Assembly: GCA_951406725.2 (NCBI GenBank)
Contig: OX597828.1
Location: 53,816,001 to 53,880,000 of the forward strand
Reading direction: 5' to 3'
Length of the DNA: 64,000 nucleotides
Source of the DNA: Octopus vulgaris
Taxonomy: Eukaryota
Below, piece by piece: positions 1 through 14,744 of this stretch (its first letter is position 1; every line of letters begins with the position of its first letter). Position numbers and translations under genes: made by a program. Below the pieces are notes generated by a model. It made no database searches, was not told the DNA's origin, and was given only the letters and a program-made list of their open reading frames with translations.

Positions 1-141
1 ATATATATATATATATATGCACACACATATATTACATATACATATATTTATCTGACTCGTAAAAACAACATTCTCTCTCTCACACACACACGCACATCTA
101 TTTAGATAATGAATATAACGCATACAACTATATATATATAA

Positions 142-177
<36 letters not shown>

Positions 178-277
178 TTGTGTTTATGTATGTGTGCACA
201 CTCACATACATACATACATACATACATACATACATACATACATACATGCATACATACATACATACAAACAAGCATGC

Positions 278-327
<50 letters not shown>

Positions 328-440
328 GTAACTGTTTACCTCAGATTTAGACACACGAAACTATGCAATTATTCTATGTGGCATGCAGATTTACACTTAA
401 ACCTATATATTTGCGTACATTTCTATATAGAAAGCATACC

Positions 441-496
<56 letters not shown>

Positions 497-955
497 CAAC
501 AACAAAATAACAATAACGATAATATCTATAATAATGATGGTAACATCAACAAACAACAATAATAGTAATAATTCTTAATAATGCTAGTAATTTACTTATC
601 ACTTAAACAGCCTCGAAACTAAAAAAAATTAGTAATTTAGAAATATTTTGCCAAAAGTAACAGTAAAAAAAATATCACTCCGAAATTAATTTATTGAATA
701 TTTCTTCCATCTAAAACACTTTCTCAATCTCCTGCTCTTAAAATTCTTAAACTAGAAACTTAATAAAATATTTTGGTTTAAAAAAAAACATTGTCAGATA
801 ACTAGATCTTCAAATCTGTTGAATTTATCATCGTTTTGTCGTAAATTAACTAATAATTTTCAAATTATTTTTCTATTTTGTTAATGTTAGATGCGTGTGT
901 GTGTGTGTGTGTATGTGTATAAATATGCATATAATAGATACATATACATATATGC

Positions 956-1019
<64 letters not shown>

Positions 1020-1178
1020 AGGGAGAGAAGGAGAGAGTAAGAAGGAATAGAGAGAAAGATATTGGATATATCAGGTGTGGCTATGTGGCAAGTAAATTTG
1101 CTTCCCAACCGCATGGCTACGGGTTCAGTCGCACTGCGTGGCATCTTGATCACGCATTTTCTGCTGGCCTTCTGTGTA

Positions 1179-2447
1179 TATCAGGTTGAGTAAAAAGTAC
1201 GCATGAAGAATTTGTACCGGATTTTTGCAGAGTTTTGAATGTTTTTTTTTAAACCTCTTTTTGCAATTGTCTCTTAATACAGACGTAAACTTACCCAAAT
1301 GCATCAATGAATTAACATTGATATTTTTTTCACCGTTGTTATAATCATCTGAAATGAAACTGTCAAAGCGCGATGTTCGAGCAATTTTGCTATTCAACTT
1401 CAAAAAGGGATGTAAAACAGCTGAAACTGCTCGCGATATCAACGAAACGCTTGGTGAGGAAATGACCAGAGAGTGGTCAGCTCGAAAATGGTTTAAATGA
1501 TTTTACAGTGGAGACGTGAGCCTTGAAGATCGTGAGCGTAGTAGACGCTCATCTGTCATCGATGATGGTCAATTAAAGACCGTCATTAAGAAAGATCTGA
1601 GTAAAATCACTCGAGAACTGGCAAAAGAACTTCAAGTTAGTCAGTAAACTGCCTGCAACTATTTACTTGCGATCGGAAAATCAAAAGAACTCGCCAAATG
1701 TGTACCACACGATTTGAATGAAAATCAGAAAAAGCGCAAATATGAAATTTGCTAGTCACTTCTTAACCAGAAGAGATCCATTTCTTGCCCGTATTTTAAC
1801 TTGCGATGAAAAGTGGATTCTGTAGAATAATAAATACATTTCTTTGCAGTGGTTGGACCAAAATGAAGCACCGAAAACCTTCCCTAAAACCTTCTTCAAA
1901 AAGAAGGTTATGTTGTAACCTGTTTAGTGGTGTACTGCTGGACTCATCCACTTTAACTTCTTAAAACCCGGAAAAACCATTACTGCAGAAACATATTGCC
2001 ATGAAATTGCCAAAATGAAGGAAACTACTATTCCTCCGTCCCAGAAGGGTCAACAGAAGAGGGCCAATCATTCTTCATGACAATGCTTAACCCCACGTTT
2101 CACTACTGACGCTCCAGAAGTTGAGGGAACTTGGCTACGAATTTCTTCCCCACCCAGCTTATTCCACGGACCTTTCTCCAACCGACTACCACTTTTTCAA
2201 GCACCTTGATGGTTTCCTGCGAGAGAAGGAGCTCAAAAATCAAATCTATGCTGAAAGTACGCTCAAAAGAGTTCATCAGCTCCAGAACTCCAGATTTTAT
2301 GCTACCGGAATAAACAAACTTGTAAGTCATTGGCAAAAATGTGTTGATTGTAATGGTACTTTGATGAATAAAATTTCCGCATTGTTGAAATATATTGTGA
2401 CGAAATTCATGTTTCAAAATGCTGCTTACTTTTTACTCAGCCTGATA
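1179..2447 (+). mobile_element. Full-length mariner (Tc1/mariner, DD34D) DNA transposon, decayed
   Basis: TIRs TATCAGG(T/C)TGAGTAAAAAGTA at 1179-1199 and 2427-2447; ~1.27 kb; internal transposase remnant. Confidence 0.93.
1354..2371 (+). pseudogene. Mariner transposase pseudogene
   Basis: MKLSKRDVRAILLFNFKKG..WFK*F.SGD.SLED..; CVPHDL (WVPHEL-like); ILTCDEKW; LHDNA*PH; HPAYSTDLSPTDYHFF (YSPDLAP-like); several stops and frameshifts. Confidence 0.92.
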
Positions 2448-2855
2448 TTTGGTAGACGAAAACTGAAAGAAGCCCGTCGTGTATGTGTGCGTGTGCGCAC
2501 GCATATATATATATATATATGCACACGCACATACACACACGACGGACTTCTTTGGACTTTTATTCGCATACACAGCAACCCGAGTTGCTGTGAACTATAA
2601 AATAACTTTTCAGCTTATTGAACTTCGATATGGGAAAAATTTACAAACTTCTACGTCAATAAAGCACTATCGTTACTGAAAGATGTGTTATAAAAGTGCA
2701 GGTCTCGTCCAGAAGGCCGATGGGTTGCGAGGCAAAGTGTTTCGACCTTATTTGGTTCTTTCAGTGGCGAATATTTCAGACTTTCTGAGCTAAGCGCTGT
2801 AATTTTTTAACACACAAGTGTCTTTATACCTATATTTTCTAATAGATACATACAG

Positions 2856-2929
<74 letters not shown>

Positions 2930-2997
2930 TTACGCAGAATATATAGATAGATACACACACACACATATACATACATACATACATACATACATACATC

Positions 2998-3028
<31 letters not shown>

Positions 3029-3035
3029 GTTGTGT

Positions 3036-3074
<39 letters not shown>

Positions 3075-4615
3075 ACGAATCTAATTCAACTGGAAGACTA
3101 AACATCAAAGAGATGTTTTTGACATTTCAAAATATCATTGAGGTATAAAAACGCTACCGTAGTGGACAAGATTGATGACAAGGTACGTTAAATTCGGCTT
3201 TGAATAACGTTTTCACTTGTTTACTGACAGAAATAACCGAAACCCTTAAACGTCTAGAATAAGCAGTTAAATATATTTACACGCAAATAAACAGCTCAGA
3301 ACGAATCAAGCGAGATACAGGTTTTTTGATAAAATGAAAGCCATGGTTATGGTTGAACAAATAGTCTAATTCGATCAACAATGATTTAGATTATAAACAT
3401 GTATTCGCTGAAGTTTAAACAGGTGGTTAAGAAATTTGCTAGTAAATACTTGTTTCTGAGCTCGATCACAAGACACGGTACCTTTGGTAACACTGTGTAA
3501 CAAAATTTTTTCTTTTTTTTTCTTTTTTTTTTTTTGTCTTTGGTTAGTAAGTATTATTTACTATTTGCTTCCATCTGGAAATCAAGGGAAATGACTACTA
3601 TTCCCTTCAAACTTTGCTTTTGCGATTCAGACATAAACGTTTTGAAACTGGCCTCTTTTCCATTACATTTCAGACAGGTTCAACTCTGAGTTGCTGAAGC
3701 AGAAATATCGTTACAGTAAATATTCTTCTCAATACCACATATCTACTTATCAATTGCGCGACCTTAACCACTTGATATTTCATCTCAGTGGTTCACAAAC
3801 ATTTCAACAGATTTTACGTACCGTTTCTCCTTACAGTTTTTTCTTCGATGATTCGTGGTCCTCCATAAAATGCAGGATAATTAGCATGGAAGAATGGCAT
3901 ACATTCGTGTACCGTAATTTCCGGATTATGAACCGCACAGCATAGACCCGCAACCCTGAAAACCATAACTCAATCCACGCAATGCCCCATTGGGATACAA
4001 TGAATACACATGAACATATGGGGAATCAGTTGATCAACTGGTTACAAAACAAATGAGAAATGAAAACAAACCGAAAATATCCCGAGCAACTGAGTAAGTT
4101 GATGCACATTTGGCAGAAAAAAAATACCACAAACTACGGTGTATGTATATGTACATGACAGTGGCTCTCGAACTTTTGGCGTCACCTTCCCCTTTCATCA
4201 TGTTTGGGATACTGTTCCTCCCCATTGTCAGGTCATTCCTCATATTGATTATCCAAGAGGTGCATTTCAACCAATTTAGCTATTTTTAGCAGAAATATTG
4301 TTATAGCATCCGAAAATGTACAGAAGTATTTGCTAGGCTTTAGTGAAGTAGATGCCAAAACATCGGAGCATAAAATACCCTGAAGTTTCCTTCTCCGCCA
4401 AACTTCACAGCAAAACTGAATTTCAAATAAGATTCGTCATATCTCATTTTCTTTATTGGATGCATTATAACAAAAGATAAAATTCAGTAAAGTAATTTAA
4501 TATAACTATATTGTATATTTATTTCGAATTTATCATATACTACATGTGTGCATATATGCCTTAGTGTAGCTAGCTTTGGGGCGTACTAATTAGCAATAAA
4601 TTTTACATCTCACTA

Positions 4616-5000
4616 TTAATTGTGGAAGAAAATCAAAGTGTAAGTGAGCGTAATTCTGTCCGTAGGTAAACCTCTGTGAATTGATAACCGTTGAGAAGAC
4701 AATTCTGTCGAAACATGAAAACACCATACCCTATAAAGGCCAGCCACCATGCGAGATGAGAATGGGTGTTTGACAAAGGGTAAAGTCATGTGGGAACATG
4801 CACCGATGGGAATAACGACGGCAAGAGACATGGAAACGTATGGATTGCAAAAGTGGAGTGGTGGATCATGTGAGCGTAGAATACCGACAGCACATGCACG
4901 ATCAACCGTTATACCTGCATATTTTCCATCGGCCACTCACACTTGTTGTATAAGAATGATTAGCAAATGAGTGTGTACGAATGGCAGGAGTTTTTCAGGT
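4616..5000 (-). mobile_element. Highly decayed Tc1-like transposase N-terminal remnant
   Basis: Minus-strand peptide DRACAVGIL...AGLYRVWCFHVSTE..RL resembles the Tc1 paired-like HTH; no TIR pair confirmed. Confidence 0.3.
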
Positions 5001-5159
5001 CAATGACAAAATGGACGATAGCATGCGAAAAATTGGAAGTCAGGAAATTTCTAAACTTAACTGTCTCAAGCCACCCGTTTTCACGATACTTCAACGTTCC
5101 TTCGCGGTCTTCTAGGGGACCGCAGAACTCAGTTTGAGAACTGCTACTTTATATCCCTA

Positions 5160-5226
<67 letters not shown>

Positions 5227-5227
5227 G

Positions 5228-5402
<175 letters not shown>

Positions 5403-5628
5403 GAAATATTAAAATAACTAAATCTCTCTAAAAGAGAACAGCGGCAGCGTTCCCGGAAAATAATAGTTATCGCCATACTAATATGGCATTCTTATAAAAA
5501 TAAGAAAAAAGCTGTCCGCTTATTAGCTCCATGAGGCCATCGCCTTAAGTTAGCTATTTGATACACAAACTGTATCCATATAACCTTCGAACAAGGGAGG
5601 TCAGTCGCTCCACACTACCTGACCGGCA

Positions 5629-5669
5629 GCTACAGACGCGTTTCGGGTATTGCCCCTTTTCAATGCAGC
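5629..5669 (-). ncRNA. Type I hammerhead ribozyme motif (U3:A8 variant)
   Basis: Minus strand GCTGCA-TTGAAAA-GGGG CAATA CCC-GAAA-CGCG-TC-TGTAGC; one C fewer in stem II than the copy at 6272. Confidence 0.72.
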
Positions 5670-6271
5670 GTAGCCAGCCAGTAGGTGTCGCTTCCGACAA
5701 TCTCTGTTCGATGGTTTTATTTACCTAGTTTCGGTGGAATACATCCACTTGTTTTCAATAATAGAAATATTAAAATAACTAAGTCTCTCTAAAAGAGAAC
5801 AGCGGCAGCGTTCCCGGAAAATAATAGTTATCGCCATACTAATATGGCATTCTTATAAAAATAAGAAAAAAGCTGTCCGCTTATTAGCTCCATGAGGCCA
5901 TCGCCTTAAGTTAGCTATTTGATACACAAACTGTATCCATATAACCTTCGAACAAGGGAGGTCAGTCGCTCCACACTACCTGACCTTGTTCGAAGGTTAT
6001 ATGGATGCAGTTTGTGTATCAAATAGCTAACTTAAGGCGATGGCCTCATGGAGCTAATAAGCGGACAGCTTTTTTCTTATTTTTATAAGAATGCCATATT
6101 AGTATGGCGATAACTATTATTTTCCGGGAACGCTGCCGCTGTTCTCTTTTAGAGAGACTTAGTTATTTTAATATTTCTATTATTGAAAACAAGTGGATGT
6201 ATTCCACCGAAACTAGGTAAATAAAACCATCGAACAGAGATTGTCGGAAGCGACACCTACTGGCTGGCTAC

Positions 6272-6313
6272 GCTGCATTGAAAAGGGGCAATACCCCGAA
6301 ACGCGTCTGTAGC
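6272..6313 (+). ncRNA. Type I hammerhead ribozyme motif (U3:A8 variant)
   Basis: GCTGCA (stem I)-TTGAAAA (core)-GGGG CAATA CCCC (stem II)-GAAA-CGCG (palindromic stem III)-TC-TGTAGC (stem I'); predicted cleavage after GUC, at 6307. Confidence 0.8.
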
Positions 6314-6472
6314 TGCCGGTCAGGTAGTGTGGAGCGACTGACCTCCCTTGTTCGAAGGTTATATGGATACAGTTTGTGTATCAAATAGCTAACTTAAGGC
6401 GATGGCCTCATGGAGCTAATAAGCGGACAGCTTTTTTCTTATTTTTATAAGAATGCCATATTAGTATGGCGA

Positions 6473-6521
<49 letters not shown>

Positions 6522-7494
6522 TGCTGATACTATTTGGGGACCATTACTCAGAGGTTTTAATATTTAACGTGTTATAATTTTGGCAATATGCCCGCAAGAT
6601 AAGATGATTGTAACAAAATTCAAATGAAACTCAAAATGGCGTCGGAACATGGTCGTCCTCTTGGCTGAGCCAGGTCATTTACGGTTAACACAAAGATTTA
6701 AAGGGCATACAATTTCGCAGAATATGAAACTAAATGAGAATAATTCACATTACAAATAGAATGATTTGTTCAAGGGAAGTAACTGAGGTTGAAAATGGAA
6801 TTACTAATAAGAAAAGTGATTGAAATACTAACGTGAGTATTTAGAGGTACAACTTGTTAATAGTGCTAATACAAATGATGCAAAGTAGCAGGTAATTAAT
6901 AATTTTGCGAAGATAATAATGAAAGATGAGAGATCACTAAGTCGATTAAATATTACAGGATTGATCAGTAGAAATCAATCAGAATAGATCACGTTAGGAA
7001 TGAACGTAAGAGAGTAATAAAGTTAGATCTTACAGATTAAAATTTAGGATCAGCTTTCAAGTAGTGTTCGTATTTATGGCTTTAATATATTTACGACACA
7101 ATCACGTGATTGCCTGAGAACAAATTTTCAAGGTATAATCGTATGATCATCTGAAACCAAATTTTTATTAAATTTTTATTATCTGGAACCAAATTTTTAT
7201 TAAATATTCGATTGCTTGAAACAAAGCATCATATTTCATCCGATCGCTTGGACTGTCAATGACAAAATTTATTGAAAGTCGCTTGAGTGAAAATTCCACT
7301 CTGCAACCTGTGAATTGTAATTCTTCATTTTGCTCCCTCGCTGTTGGCATTATGGAATGGTAAATTCAGAAACATTATGGAAGCTGTTGAGTGTAAGAGT
7401 GGAATGTAATACTTCTAAATATAAACGAGATGGTTCATATCATCTATTTGACTGTACATATTTATTATCAAGTGTTATTTATGACATGGTATGG

Positions 7495-7876
7495 TATTCT
7501 CTTTTACTTGTTTCAGTCATTTGAATGTGGCCATGCTGGAGCACCGCCTTTAGTCGAACAAATCGACCGCACGACTTATTCTTTGTAAGCTGGTCTCTTT
7601 TGTCGAACCGCTAAGTTACGGGGACGTAAGCACACCGGCATCGGTTGTCAAGCGATGTTGGTGGGGACAAACACAGATACACAAACACACACATATATAT
7701 ACATATACATATATAGGACGGGCTTCTTTCAGTTTCCGTCTGCCAAATCCACTCACAAGACTTTGGTTCGGCCCGAGGCTATAGAAGAAGACACTTGCCC
7801 AAGGTGCCATGCAATGGGATTGAGCCCGGAACCATGTGGTTGGTAAGCAAGCTACTTACCATACAGCCACTCCTGC
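7495..7876 (-). mobile_element. tRNA-derived SINE family A, near full length
   Basis: Head GCAGGAGTGGCTGT.TGGTAAGTAGCTTGCTTACCAACCACATGGTTCCGGG; tail AAGGCGGTGCTCCAGCATGGCC..AAATGACTGAAACAAGTAAAAGAG; recurrent in the window. Confidence 0.88.
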
Positions 7877-8593
7877 AACTATATGAGCAAAAAAACAAAT
7901 GAATTCGGACAGATAATGAAACGTTGATTTTCCGATAGCATTTTACTTAACTTTTGTAGGCCTCACCGTCTTTTACCGTCTGGTGGATAATCCAAAAGGT
8001 GGATGAACGCCACATTTCTGAGTTTAACGTGCTCTGAACCAAACTCAGAATCGCGTGTCTTATGACAATAACTGAATAAATTTAATACTTAATACCTATA
8101 ATCCACAACATATGTTTAGGAGATTTTCTTTTACTTTCAATGTTAAGTATGTAATCTATCTATTTCTCTCACCATCGATCAAACTATCTGTCTGTCTATC
8201 TATCTTACTCTCTATTAAATACACACACTTACACACATACATATGTATTAAGGCGGTGCTTCAGCATGGCCGCAGTCAAATGACTGAAACAAGTAAGAAA
8301 ATGAAAGAATAAAATGATGTATATATATATATATATATATCACAACCTGGGACATTGAAGACTGCTATAATGCAAGAAAGTATACAAGTTCCCTTAATAT
8401 TTGATATTCAATATTTCATCTATTCAATAAGACAATCAATACTTCATTTCCTTTTACTATATATATAATATTTATACTATATATTCTATATTCTACATTA
8501 ATATTATAAAGAATATAATTAAAACATAAAAAGCAGACAGTTTCTTTGAATAATATATATCCCTCTATACACAATCATACAAACCCTTTTTTA

Positions 8594-8647
<54 letters not shown>

Positions 8648-8797
8648 TAAAAACGGTAAGATAACAAAAGAAAGAAAGATACCTCAATATTATGTAAATA
8701 GAGGAAATTTATCTATAAAATAATATGTTACAATTACTCAATAGTCAAGATAAAACTCTGAGTTTCTGTCTGTCGTGCTGTCTGGTTCATATATATG

Positions 8798-8843
<46 letters not shown>

Positions 8844-9045
8844 CCAGACAGCACGACAGACAGACGAAGAGATAAACATATGAGAATGGATATATTTTAT
8901 ACACTTGATAAATGTTTTACCAAAATTCTCATTATTTTGATGGCTATTCTGGCACTAAATTTGTCTGTGTCTCTCTGTCTTTCATTCAATCTTCCTCTGT
9001 CCATATCTCTCTCTCCGTTTCTCTCTCTTCATCTATATATCTATA

Positions 9046-9104
<59 letters not shown>

Positions 9105-9185
9105 TTATATAGCAGTGTATGTTCCTATCTACCTAGCTATCTTTCCTTCCTCTTTTTCCTCTCTTTACAGACAACTACCGATTCA

Positions 9186-9248
<63 letters not shown>

Positions 9249-9417
9249 GTTATTATTCAGTTACGTAATGCGCTCAGTTCGCGACGTAAAGCAATCCATT
9301 TACCTACAAACTCTCTTGTATTAAATCAAAACAGATATATACATACATTTACATATACAAATACACACACACACACACACACATATATATACATACATAT
9401 GTATGCATATATATATA

Positions 9418-9471
<54 letters not shown>

Positions 9472-9535
9472 TATGTATGCATATATATATACATGTGCAT
9501 ACATAAATATGTGACTATAGATGTATATAACCATG

Positions 9536-9627
<92 letters not shown>

Positions 9628-9639
9628 TGTTTATGTATG

Positions 9640-9677
<38 letters not shown>

Positions 9678-10145
9678 CACATACATATATATATGTATGT
9701 TTGTATGTATGTATATACACACATACATATACATGCTTGCGTACAGTGTTATTCAATTTACTCCTTTTTGCAAATATTAATATAAGAGAGCCCAGCTTCA
9801 TTTTTACAATGTATATTTGTTCAAAATAAAGCATTTCTCCTTTTGCTTTGTTTTTCTTATGATTGTTTAAACGAAAATTTAAGGTTACGCAATAGCAGCA
9901 TTTTTACTCTTTGCTTTGTTTATGGTCGTCAAGAGTTGCGTAAGGTGTAAATAAATATATCAGCTACTGTCGCGATCCTAATGCTGGTTCTTTGTTTTTG
10001 CGAATCGAAAGAAATATACTAAACAGCAGAAGAAGAGAAAGAACAAGAGAAAAGGAAATCTTTCCTATATATCACAGCATTTGCCAAAGCTTTTACGTAC
10101 GCAGCATGTTTATCTATGCAAAAATGTATATCTGTATACATATAT

Positions 10146-10194
<49 letters not shown>

Positions 10195-10430
10195 CATATA
10201 TATGCATATAAATATATGTACATATGTGTGTATGTATATATATATATTATATATATATACACAGATACATATACATACATTTGCGTACATAAGAATGTGT
10301 CATATACACAATGTATACATTTATACATATGTGTATATATATGCACGTATATGAGCATATATATATATATATATATATACACACTTATATATATATATAC
10401 ATACATATATATATATATATACATATATAT

Positions 10431-10506
<76 letters not shown>

Positions 10507-10886
10507 ATGTATTTATACATATACGGATATACGTATTTATGCATAACATTAATTAATTAAATAAGACATTACACATAAACCAGGAAGCGGGAAATGCACA
10601 AACATGTGTATATGTGTGCACGTATGTATATGTGTGTGCATGTGCGGCGGACATATAAATAATGAATAAACGTGCACATAACAAATTTAAAACAAATAGA
10701 ATGTGCATTCGCTTGCAAGTTCTTGCATAGAGACAAATGTACAAATACGCAGGCACACGCATACATACAATAATACGTGTATATATATATACACCTAAAC
10801 ACATAAACCATATACACATATGAACACACCTGCTTACACTCACACAGAACATGCTTGCACAATAACATTTGTCTTTGATATATGTA

Positions 10887-10929
<43 letters not shown>

Positions 10930-10936
10930 GTATATA

Positions 10937-10997
<61 letters not shown>

Positions 10998-11063
10998 ATA
11001 TGTATATATGTATATATATATATATATGTATATATGTATATATATGTATATATATATACATAT

Positions 11064-11118
<55 letters not shown>

Positions 11119-11132
11119 TATATGTATATATG

Positions 11133-11186
<54 letters not shown>

Positions 11187-11630
11187 CATATACATATATG
11201 TATTATCATGACGGTTATTACGATGCTGATTAATGATTATAGAGTCGGCTACGACGACGACGATGATGATGAGGACGATGACGACGCCGACGACGACGAT
11301 GACGATGATGATGATGAAGACGAGGAGGAGGAGGAGGTAGATTGTAGTGGCTTTGGTGGTGTTGGTGTTGGTGAAAATGTGGTGGAGAGGGAGGTGGGGT
11401 GGAAGAACGTGATAACGACAGCCGTGTAAAATATATACGGGAAAAATTACTGATATAGCAAAAAAAAAAAATTCGGCCAAATAAATTGTCGTCTTTCATT
11501 ATTTCGATGCCATTGTAGTCATCATTGTCATTATCATCGTCATCATCATCATCGTCATCATCATCATCATCATCATTATAGGCAATATTGCCATCATCAT
11601 CATCATCATCATCATTATAGGCAATATTGC

Positions 11631-11668
<38 letters not shown>

Positions 11669-12290
11669 ACTTCTATTCCACATTTTTTCAGTTCCTTCTC
11701 CATCCCTTTTTCCAACCTTTGTTCCCATCTATAAGTCTCTCTCTCTCTCTTTCTCTCTCTCTCTTTCTCTCTCTCTCTTTCTCTCTCTCTCTTTCTCTCT
11801 CTCTCTTTCTCGCTTTCTCCCTACACTCTCTCTCCTTCTCTCACCCTTTCCCTCGCTCCCTCCCTTTCTAGCATGCTGGTTCATAACCCCTCTCCGTCTG
11901 TTTCTATCTCTTTCTCTCTCCTCTATCTCTTTCTCTCTCCTCTATCTCTTTCTCTCTCCTCTATCTCTTCTCTCTATCCCGTTCTTCTTCTTCCTCTCTC
12001 TCTCCTCCCTTTCTTCTCTCCTGCCCATCCCCACCCCCGTTAAAGGTCCTCCTAAACTGGTATTTGATATAGATTAACAACAGGCCGGTGAGTGGAATGA
12101 GAGGGCGGTGTTTTTTTTTTTCTTTATCGTTATTTGCCGCTTGCCTCCGTTCCCAGGAGTTCGATTACTTTCGAAAGCGATCTGACATTTAATTCGATAT
12201 CCTCACTAAGGTCTTGCGAGAAGCTCACAATGGAAAGGAGAGGGAAGAAAAGGCAGACAGGCAGACAGACAGACAGAAAGAAAGCGAGAA

Positions 12291-12333
<43 letters not shown>

Positions 12334-12586
12334 TAGACAGAGGGAGAGACAGACGGGGAGAGCTATTAAAAGGTAAATGAAATACGCGGGAAGAGGAGTA
12401 GCAGCATTGAAATTTTCGTAGGAATCCCAATAAATGAAAGAAAGGAAGAAGAGAAAAAGTGAGAGAAAGGAATAGAAGAGAGGGGGAAGGAGAGAAGGAG
12501 AGACAGAGACGAACAAAGAGGGAAAAAAATGAAAGAGCTAATGAAAGAAACAAAGAAAGATAAAATTGTCACCACGTAAATATATA

Positions 12587-12624
<38 letters not shown>

Positions 12625-12698
12625 TATATGTATATAAAAACAAACATATCTACATATACACTCACATAATATACACATACACACACATAGATTTGAGC

Positions 12699-12751
<53 letters not shown>

Positions 12752-12880
12752 CACACATGCATGTGTATGTATACACATAAACATATACATATGGACATAT
12801 ATACACATAAACATATGCTCATCGATATATATATATACACACACAAACACACACGCACAACATATATATATATATACATT

Positions 12881-12937
<57 letters not shown>

Positions 12938-13654
12938 ATATATACATATATATATTTATATATAAATATATATATACATATACACACACATATGTAAACA
13001 CTCGTATATATGCATATAGACACATGCTCACAAGCGCACACACACACATACAGATAACAATGAAACCAAATACGATTAACAAAAAGAAAGACAATGGCAA
13101 AAGCAGCAAGGAAATCGAAAGGGCAAAATCGATTATCGTCTGCCTTTAACTGAGTCTTAGTTATTATGGCCAGAGTTGTAGTTTGTATTAGAGTACGATG
13201 TTGAATGGGATGCAGGGGTTGTCTTGGGTCTGCATTAGTTTTATGCGCTGTTTTTATTCATTGTTTGTGTTTTGTTTTATACGTTTCCTGTATCTTTTGC
13301 GTCTGTATACTTGTGTGTGTATGTGTGTGTGTATGTGTGTGTGTATGTGTGTGTGTGTGTGTGTGTCAAATGATGTGTTCATATATGGGAGTTGTGAGTT
13401 TGTATGAGCGTGTGCATAACTCTCTCTCTTTATCTCTGTTCCTGTATCTGTCTTTCTCTCTCTCCCCCTCTCTCTCTCTCACACACACACGTACACACAC
13501 ACTCACACACACACACACACACATATGTATACATATATATATACATACAGAAAGAGAAAAAACGGGTAGATAGATAGATAGCAATACAGACATACGCACA
13601 CATGCGTGCATGGATATATATATATATATATATATATAGGCACTTTTTAATACA

Positions 13655-13717
<63 letters not shown>

Positions 13718-13757
13718 TGTATTACTAGTAACTAAATTCATAAGAATTTATGAATAT

Positions 13758-13899
13758 AGGTGCAGAAGTAGCTGTGTGGTAAGAAGCTTGCTTTCCAGCC
13801 ACATGGTTCTGGGTTCAGTCCCACTGCGTGGTATCATGGGCAAGTGTCTTCTATTATAGCCTCAGACCGACCAAAGCCTTGTGAGTGGACTTGGTAGAA

Positions 13900-13957
<58 letters not shown>

Positions 13958-14155
13958 TTGTTATTTGTGTCTGTGCTTGACAACCGATGTTGGTGTGTTT
14001 ATATCCCCGTCACATACTGGTTCGGCAAAAGAGAACGATAGAGTAAGCACTAGGCTTACAAAGAATAAGTCCTGGGGTCGATTTGTTCGACTAAATGTGG
14101 TGCTCCACCATGGCCGCAGTCAAACGACTGAAACAAATAAAAGAATAAAAGAATA
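13758..14155 (+). mobile_element. tRNA-derived SINE family A
   Basis: Same head and tail as 7495-7876, with internal (TA)n expansion. Confidence 0.85.
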
Positions 14156-14744
14156 TTAAATTTATCTATAGCCTTATATCTACTTCGAGATCCAGTTCCA
14201 AAAGGAATTGCTTAATGTTCTCTCAAAAGTTAATAAATTCGTATTACGTCAAAAACATACAATTATCGATGGTGAGAATGAAGTTTTTTGAAATAGAAAG
14301 AGTATTTCGGAAGATTGTTTTGGTACATTGGTAGAACGCCTGTCATGTATACTGGAGTTGTGGGGTCTTGCCCTACGGACAGCCTTCAACTTTTTATATA
14401 GAAAAGCGTGTTTCAACCCAATATTTCCATGCTGCTATTTATAGCGTTATGCGTGCTTCGAGATCAAATTTCAAAGCACAAATTCAAGTAATAGTCAAAT
14501 TTTTAGATAAAATTAAATATTTTCACGGAAAAGGACTTAGTACCTCTAAGAACGTCATAAAGAAGAACATTAACCAAAACTATGAATTCCTTGCTATTAA
14601 GTAAAAGACGCCTTCATTTAGTATTAACTGGTTCACGCCTATTTTTCCGTAGATGGTACACCTAACCTTCCTAAATGCTCTCTAAAATTTAACTAATCTT
14701 AATCTACCGAAACAGGAAACGATTTGGTAAGAATAACACCATGC

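Larger units (their letters stand above)
1071..2480 (+). mobile_element. tRNA-derived SINE (family A) split by a mariner insertion
   Basis: 5' part 1071-1176 (GTGGCTATGTGG..AAGT..TTGCTTCCCAACC..GGGTTCAGTC.CACTGCGTGGCA) resumes at 2448 (TTTGGTAGACG.AAACTGAAAGAAGCCCGTCG), colinear with intact copies at 7495-7876 and 33750-34178. Confidence 0.8.

Noticed and set aside
2735-2770. HHR-like string on minus strand (CTGAAAG-AACC AAATAA GGTC-GAAA-CAC)
   Set aside because: Core and stem III are non-canonical and there is no stem I; at best a dead remnant.
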